A stretch of 40,303 nucleotides of DNA from Octopus bimaculoides. Lineage: Eukaryota. Where the stretch lies: NCBI RefSeq assembly GCF_001194135.2, contig NC_069002.1:10965781-11006083 (forward strand), read 5' to 3'. Shown piece after piece: positions 34,111 through 40,303 of this stretch. Both the position numbers and the translations under genes were made by a program. Numbering within the stretch: position 1 is the stretch's first letter; each line of letters opens with the position of its first letter. The notes beneath the pieces are model-generated. The model saw only the letters and a list, made by a program, of their open reading frames with translations, did not search any database and had not been told where the DNA came from.

Positions 34111-34344
34111 CAATAATTCCCCCCAAACCTCAACTCTCTTTCTCACACACACACACTCACATACACACACGTGCGTATATGTAAATCTATGTAGTGGACA
34201 TGCAAACATAGCACATTTAAGTATTTCTCTGAAAACTGAAAAAAAAAAAGCCATAGGAAGCTTTAGTCCTTTAAACATTCAAATTATTCTGTCAAATGTA
34301 ACGCTTATTTATCCACATTGTTTTGATTTAATCATACATTATCT

Positions 34345-34655
34345 TGTCACTTCAAGATTCTGATCCCATGATGGTTTATTTCTATAATGACATTGTCGGG
34401 TAGGTGTGAGAGGCTGGATACGGCCAGTTTGAACATAAAAGTGGTTGAATATTTCAAAGGTGTTAGGGTAACTCTCTCATGTATAATACTTATTTTTTCA
34501 CAAATTATTTGTGGTTTTGAATTAATCATGCATGAGCTCATAGCTTTGAGGTTTCAATGATGCGATTGTTTATATTTTGAATGACATTGTAGGGTAGGTG
34601 TGAAAGGCCAGATCTGATCTATCTGAACATGAAACAGGTAGAATATTTGATATAT
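34345..34655. repeat. Twice-repeated internal module of the 7590-7719 element
   Basis: AATGACATTGT(C/A)GGGTAGGTGTGA(G/A)AGGC...TGAACAT occurs at about 34385 and 34580. Confidence 0.65.
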
Positions 34656-34699
34656 GTATATATTACTGGTGTTTATATCATTACCATTGACCCTTTAAC

Positions 34700-35023
34700 A
34701 TGCAGATCACTTGGTTAAATGGTGCCGGTTGATCTAATCAACAAAACAGCTTGCTTGTGAAATTAATGTGCAGGGGGGGGGGTCTGAGCACTCCACAGAC
34801 ACATGTGCCCTTAATGTAGAGCTCAGAGAGATTTAGCGTGGGACAGAATTTGTGAAGGCTGGCCCTTTGAATTACAGGTACAACTCATTGTTGCCAGCTG
34901 AGTGGACTTGAGCAATGTGAAATAAAATGCCATGCCCAAGGATACAATGCACCACTGGGAATCGAACTTAAAAACTTCATGATCATGAGCTGAATGTCTT
35001 TAACCATTAAGCCATGCTCCTTC
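34700..35023 (-). mobile_element. SINE family D, full length
   Basis: Minus-strand head TGGCTTAATGGTT and B-box AGTTCGATTCC; 3' half matches 2691-2975. Confidence 0.8.
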
Positions 35024-35159
35024 AAAAAAAGGCAGAAAACTGACGGAGTACAGCAACAACAACACCAAAAGAATGATGACAAGAAGGATAAATCTTCATT
35101 TGTTGCCGGATCTGGCAAGACCAAGCCTGTCTTGGCAATAACAATGATTGCAACAATAA

Positions 35160-35252
35160 TTAACAGCCAAACTGCTTCTCTGCCAACAACTGACCAAACT
35201 TTTCACCCAGAAACAAAATGTTCTCCGTGTTGCTTCTGTTGTCATTAAAAAG
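35160..35252 (-). CDS. Possible terminal coding exon of an unidentified antisense gene (LFNDNRSNTENILFLGEKFGQLLAEKQFGC*)
   Basis: Strong acceptor TTTGTTTTTGTTTTTTTTCCAG, 30 codons plus TAA in non-repetitive DNA; no homology recognised. Confidence 0.3.
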   Translation of the reverse strand, partial: LFNDNRSNTENILFLGEKFGQLLAEKQFGC

Positions 35253-35454
35253 CTGGAAAAAAACAAAAACAAAAACAAAATGTCGGTGCCAAAATCTAGC
35301 TATAATGACCATAAAACTGCAAAGGACCGTAACTAAGCATTTTGGGTACAAGATACACGTACAGTAAGGTCTCACATATATAATATAGTGAAATAATTCT
35401 GTTTTGGAACAGTGGATCTCGAAGCAAATAAAGCTATAAATAATAGGACAAACC

Positions 35455-35570
35455 ACAGGGTTCCAGGTTCAGTCCCACTGTGTGCACCTTGGGCAAGTGT
35501 CGTCTACTATAGCCATGGGCCGACCAAGTCCTTGTGAATGGATTTGGTGGATGGAAACTGAGAGAGCTTG

Positions 35571-35628
<58 letters not shown>

Positions 35629-35890
35629 ATATATATATATATATGTGTTTATATGTGTATATATATATGTTTATATGTTTATATGTATGTATGTATGTAT
35701 CTATGTCTTTATGTTTTTGTGTCTATGTTTGTCTCCCCATCACCATTTGACAACTGGTGTTGGTGTGTTTACGTCCCTGTAACCTAGTAGTTTGGCAAAA
35801 GAGACTGATAGAATAAGTAGTAGGCTTAAAGAAAAAAATAAGTCCTGGGGTCGATTTGTTCAACTAAAAACCCCATCAAGACTGTGCTCC
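35455..35890 (+). mobile_element. SINE B, 5'-truncated, internal microsatellite expanded to about 160 bp
   Basis: GGTTCAGTCCCACTGTGTGCACCTTGGGCAAGTG through TAAGTCCTGGGGTCGATTTG. Confidence 0.9.
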
Positions 35891-35913
35891 ACAAAGACAT
35901 GGACAACAATTCT

Positions 35914-36430
35914 CAGTCTTGATGGGGTTTTTAGTTGAACAAATCGACCCCAGGACTTATTTTTCGTGGTGGGGGACAAACACACACACACACATACACA
36001 CACTCACAGACAAACACACACACACACACTCACAGACACACACACAGTTTCATGTATTTACAACAGGCTTCTTTCAGTTTCTGTGTACCAAATCCACTCA
36101 CAAAGCTTGGTTGGTCTGAGGCCAAAATGGTTGTGGTGGTGATGGTGGTAGTACTGTTGTTCTGTAGGTGTGATGGTAGTGGTATGGTGGTGGTGCTTAT
36201 ATTTGTGGAGATTATAGTTGTACAGGTTGCAGCTGTAGTGGTCATTGTTGTGTTAGTTATAGCATTGGTGGTGGTGGTGGTGGTAGTAGTAGTAGTTGTA
36301 TCCTGGTTGGCTTTGGTTGGCCCAAGTCTGTAGTAGAAGACACTTGCCCAAGGTGCCACACAGTGGGACTGAACCTGGAACCATGTGGTTGGGAAGCAAA
36401 TTTCTTACCACACAACAACACCTGCACCTT
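35914..36430 (-). mobile_element. SINE B, tail-to-tail with the previous copy and split by a (GGT)n array at about 36125-36305
   Basis: Head at 36310-36430, middle at 36060-36120, tail at 35914-35980. Confidence 0.85.
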
Positions 36431-37574
36431 ATAATTACACACACANNNNNNNNNNNNNNNNNNNNNNNNNNNNNNNNNNNNNNNNNNNNNNNNNNNNNNN
36501 NNNNNNNNNNNNNNNNNNNNNNNNNNNNNNNNNNNNNNNNNNNNNNNNNNNNNNNNNNNNNNNNNNNNNNNNNNNNNNNNNNNNNNNNNNNNNNNNNNNN
36601 NNNNNNNNNNNNNNNNNNNNNNNNNNNNNNNNNNNNNNNNNNNNNNNNNNNNNNNNNNNNNNNNNNNNNNNNNNNNNNNNNNNNNNNNNNNNNNNNNNNN
36701 NNNNNNNNNNNNNNNNNNNNNNNNNNNNNNNNNNNNNNNNNNNNNNNNNNNNNNNNNNNNNNNNNNNNNNNNNNNNNNNNNNNNNNNNNNNNNNNNNNNN
36801 NNNNNNNNNNNNNNNNNNNNNNNNNNNNNNNNNNNNNNNNNNNNNNNNNNNNNNNNNNNNNNNNNNNNNNNNNNNNNNNNNNNNNNNNNNNNNNNNNNNN
36901 NNNNNNNNNNNNNNNNNNNNNNNNNNNNNNNNNNNNNNNNNNNNNNNNNNNNNNNNNNNNNNNNNNNNNNNNNNNNNNNNNNNNNNNNNNNNNNNNNNNN
37001 NNNNNNNNNNNNNNNNNNNNNNNNNNNNNNNNNNNNNNNNNNNNNNNNNNNNNNNNNNNNNNNNNNNNNNNNNNNNNNNNNNNNNNNNNNNNNNNNNNNN
37101 NNNNNNNNNNNNNNNNNNNNNNNNNNNNNNNNNNNNNNNNNNNNNNNNNNNNNNNNNNNNNNNNNNNNNNNNNNNNNNNNNNNNNNNNNNNNNNNNNNNN
37201 NNNNNNNNNNNNNNNNNNNNNNNNNNNNNNNNNNNNNNNNNNNNNNNNNNNNNNNNNNNNNNNNNNNNNNNNNNNNNNNNNNNNNNNNNNNNNNNNNNNN
37301 NNNNNNNNNNNNNNNNNNNNNNNNNNNNNNNNNNNNNNNNNNNNNNNNNNNNNNNNNNNNNNNNNNNNNNNNNNNNNNNNNNNNNNNNNNNNNNNNNNNN
37401 NNNNNNNNNNNNNNNNNNNNNNNNNNNNNNNNNNNNNNNNNNNNNGTGAGAAAGAGGGAAAGAGAGACAGAGTGATTAGAAGAGAAAGTACGTGTGTCTA
37501 GGAAAGGAGATAATGATGGATGAGTTAAGAACAGTTCATTTCAGAGAGAGATTGAGATGAGAGAAAAAGTGGGT

Positions 37575-37790
37575 TATGGAGGAATGGATCTATCTATCTA
37601 TCTATCTATCTACCTATCTATCTATCCATCCATCCGTCTATCAGTCTGTCTGTCCATCTATCTATCTATCTATCTATCTGTCTGTCTGTCTGTCTGTCTA
37701 CCTACCTATCGGCCTGTCTATCTATCCATCTATCTGTCTATCAGTCTGTCTGTCTATCTATCTATCTATCTATCTCATTTGCTATCTCTC
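37575..37790. repeat. (TCTA)/(TCTG)n compound microsatellite
   Basis: Directly visible. Confidence 0.9.
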
Positions 37791-38307
37791 TGTCTTGTGT
37801 GTGTGTGTATGTGTTTTGTTTGTGAAGAACAGACAACCACTTCTTTCCCAAAACACATCTTAATTCCTCTAAACGAAATATTTTTTTTTCATTGAGAGTA
37901 CTCTATAACTAATTCAAAATCAATTAGAGCATTCATAAAATTCTTAACAAAAGAAATATAATTGAAATGAAGAATCTACAATGGAACAATAAAAACAAGA
38001 TTTGTACACACACACACACAGACACGCACATACACACACACACAAGCAAACACACACACACACATAGTCTGAAGTATATATTATTATAGTCTGGATTATA
38101 TATTTTATATATATATACTCCAGACAGTTTTTACTGTCCAGCAAAGCATGCACAGAATACCCATTGGAAGAATTCATGGCGTGAGCAAATAGCAGTCACA
38201 GACATTAAATACTGATCAAAGTGATTAATTGTAGACTGGAACTTAACTGAGAGCCAATACTGTATCCGCCAGGATAAAATATCCCTCTAAACTAACTTAT
38301 ATATATA

Positions 38308-38464
38308 GGCGTGGGAGTGGCTGTGTGGGAAGTAGCTTGCTTACCAACCACATGGTTCTGGGTTCAGTCCCTCTGCGTGACACCTTGGGCAAGTGTCTTC
38401 TACTATAGCCTCGGGCCGACCAAAGCCTTGTGAGTGGATTTGGTAGACGGAAACTGAAAGACGC
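38308..38464 (+). mobile_element. SINE B 5' half (well preserved) running into an assembly gap
   Basis: GGCGTGGGAGTGGCTGTGTGG...GGGTTCAGTCCC...CCTTGGGCAAGTG...GGAAACTGAAAG. Confidence 0.95.
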
Positions 38465-39149
38465 NNNNNNNNNNNNNNNNNNNNNNNNNNNNNNNNNNNN
38501 NNNNNNNNNNNNNNNNNNNNNNNNNNNNNNNNNNNNNNNNNNNNNNNNNNNNNNNNNNNNNNNNNNNNNNNNNNNNNNNNNNNNNNNNNNNNNNNNNNNN
38601 NNNNNNNNNNNNNNNNNNNNNNNNNNNNNNNNNNNNNNNNNNNNNNNNNNNNNNNNNNNNNNNNNNNNNNNNNNNNNNNNNNNNNNNNNNNNNNNNNNNN
38701 NNNNNNNNNNNNNNNNNNNNNNNNNNNNNNNNNNNNNNNNNNNNNNNNNNNNNNNNNNNNNNNNNNNNNNNNNNNNNNNNNNNNNNNNNNNNNNNNNNNN
38801 NNNNNNNNNNNNNNNNNNNNNNNNNNNNNNNNNNNNNNNNNNNNNNNNNNNNNNNNNNNNNNNNNNNNNNNNNNNNNNNNNNNNNNNNNNNNNNNNNNNN
38901 NNNNNNNNNNNNNNNNNNNNNNNNNNNNNNNNNNNNNNNNNNNNNNNNNNNNNNNNNNNNNNNNNNNNNNNNNNNNNNNNNNNNNNNNNNNNNNNNNNNN
39001 NNNNNNNNNNNNNNNNNNNNNNNNNNNNNNNNNNTATATATATATACATATATATATAGATAGGTATCTATAATAATAAAAGTGACATTCTCTCTGCTCA
39101 CCTGGGCCCCCTGTATCTCACTCTACATTTACTCTCTATATCAAACCTT

Positions 39150-39830
39150 TTTGGACATGTCATAGCTTCTTGGAATGAGGATGATCCTGGGATTGAAAAA
39201 TCTGCCCTTCATTTAGTTCTTGATCATCCAGTATTGGAATCTGATTTAAAAGCATTTAGGTTAAACCATAACATTTATAACATTTTCTTCTATCCGCTTC
39301 TTCTTGGTCTACTTATATTCGGTTCAATGTAGCATATGCTATTCTTGAAGTAAGATCTTTCTAATGCAGCATTATGATATGGGAAGGCTTTTTCAAAAGT
39401 GTCTTTGTGAGTGGATAAATTGGAGACGTGCCTAACGTTGTTAACCATTTGTTTAATTACTGCTGGTGGGTGGTTGGGACCTAAGTCTAGGTATGAAGCT
39501 TCCTTGTTTGGTTTGTGGTAGGGTTTAAATTTTCCTGTGTTAAGATTTATGTTAATGTCCAGGAAGTTGACTTCTTTAAGGTTTGTACTAATTGTGGTTT
39601 TTAAGCCTAATTGGTTAAATATTTAGCATAATTTTTTCCTTATTCGATCCATATCATGTGCATTTTTATTGTATACTACCCCCAGGCCGTCATCCCTATA
39701 TAAACCTATGTTAGCTTCTTTTATTTCTTTTTTAAGGGTATCTAGGATATAAAGCCCTACAAAGTCAGCTATCTCTGCACTGCCATAGCCCCCCATTATC
39801 ATGTCAAATAACATGTTGCTATGTTGTTAA
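39150..39830 (-). mobile_element. Penelope-like element RT fragment (YRDD type)
   Basis: FDMIMGGYGSAEIADFVGLYIL, IGLYRDDGLGV, NLKEVNFLDININL, KPYHKPN, NHPPAVIKQ, LWFN; contains in-frame stops. Confidence 0.9.
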
Positions 39831-39938
39831 GAAATTTACTTTGCAAACACAGAGTTTTGGACTGAGCCTGACTCTGCTGCACCTTGGGCTTGGGCTATTG
39901 TCCCCAGCTGACCATTGGTTTCTGATTGAGTGTGTATA

Positions 39939-40048
39939 CAAAGGGGTGCTGAAAAGTTCCTTGCTTTGGATAAAAGTAAATACAGGATGATCAGTTAATT
40001 ATGATTTTATTCAATATATTCCCCTCTCGGACTCACACACTTTTGACA
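39939..40048 (+). mobile_element. Mariner-type terminus (TA|CAAAGGGGTGCTGAAAAGTTCC), truncated at a gap
   Basis: TA flank and a TIR-like start similar to the end at 4654. Confidence 0.65.
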
Positions 40049-40058
40049 NNNNNNNNNN

Positions 40059-40090
<32 letters not shown>

Positions 40091-40303
40091 ATGTTCTCAT
40101 TCTTCCCTCTACTGTTCTTCGCCTCTCACCGTTACTACTACTATCTCTCTCTCTCGCTCTACCTCTCGTTGCTCACTTTTATTCTACTTCCTCCCCTCCT
40201 TTTCCCTCTGCTACTCTTTCTCTTCACACAGCCTTGGTCACGTGTGTCCGGCTGCTATTTCTTTTCGTTCTTGGAATCACTAAGCTCGCACGTACTTCTT
40301 TGC

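Noticed and set aside
39066-39090. TCTATAATAATAAAAG resembling a Helitron 5' start
   Set aside because: No matching 3' hairpin/CTRR end found; too short to support.
1-40303. CRISPR array, rRNA or prokaryotic operon-like system
   Set aside because: No regularly spaced repeat-spacer units, rRNA motifs or dense gene organisation; the DNA is animal intronic/intergenic sequence.

Overview
Eukaryotic, AT-rich, microsatellite-saturated draft-assembly DNA with about ten sizeable N gaps. The repeat complement looks like octopus (coleoid cephalopod) DNA; this is an inference from recalled repeat families. Only one convincing protein-coding exon is visible: 21136-21330 (+), 65 codons, phase 0/0, resembling HEAT-repeat protein HEATR4. 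Most of the window is therefore probably very long intron. Nearly all ORFs in the supplied track are microsatellite or N-gap artefacts. The rest is a layered graveyard of mobile elements: four modular tRNA-derived SINE families (my labels A-D), RTE LINE pieces (one with an intact C4HC3 PHD finger inside the RT region), R4/Dong-like and CR1-group LINE relics, two different Penelope-like (PLE) RT fragments, mariner remnants and several long hairpins. The most unusual signal is two non-coding, minus-strand PLE-type termini, each carrying a degenerate minimal type-I hammerhead ribozyme fold and ending in a (TA)n/(TG)n tract (about 9061-9100 and 17598-17648). Element boundaries are approximate unless a TSD or splice site is quoted.
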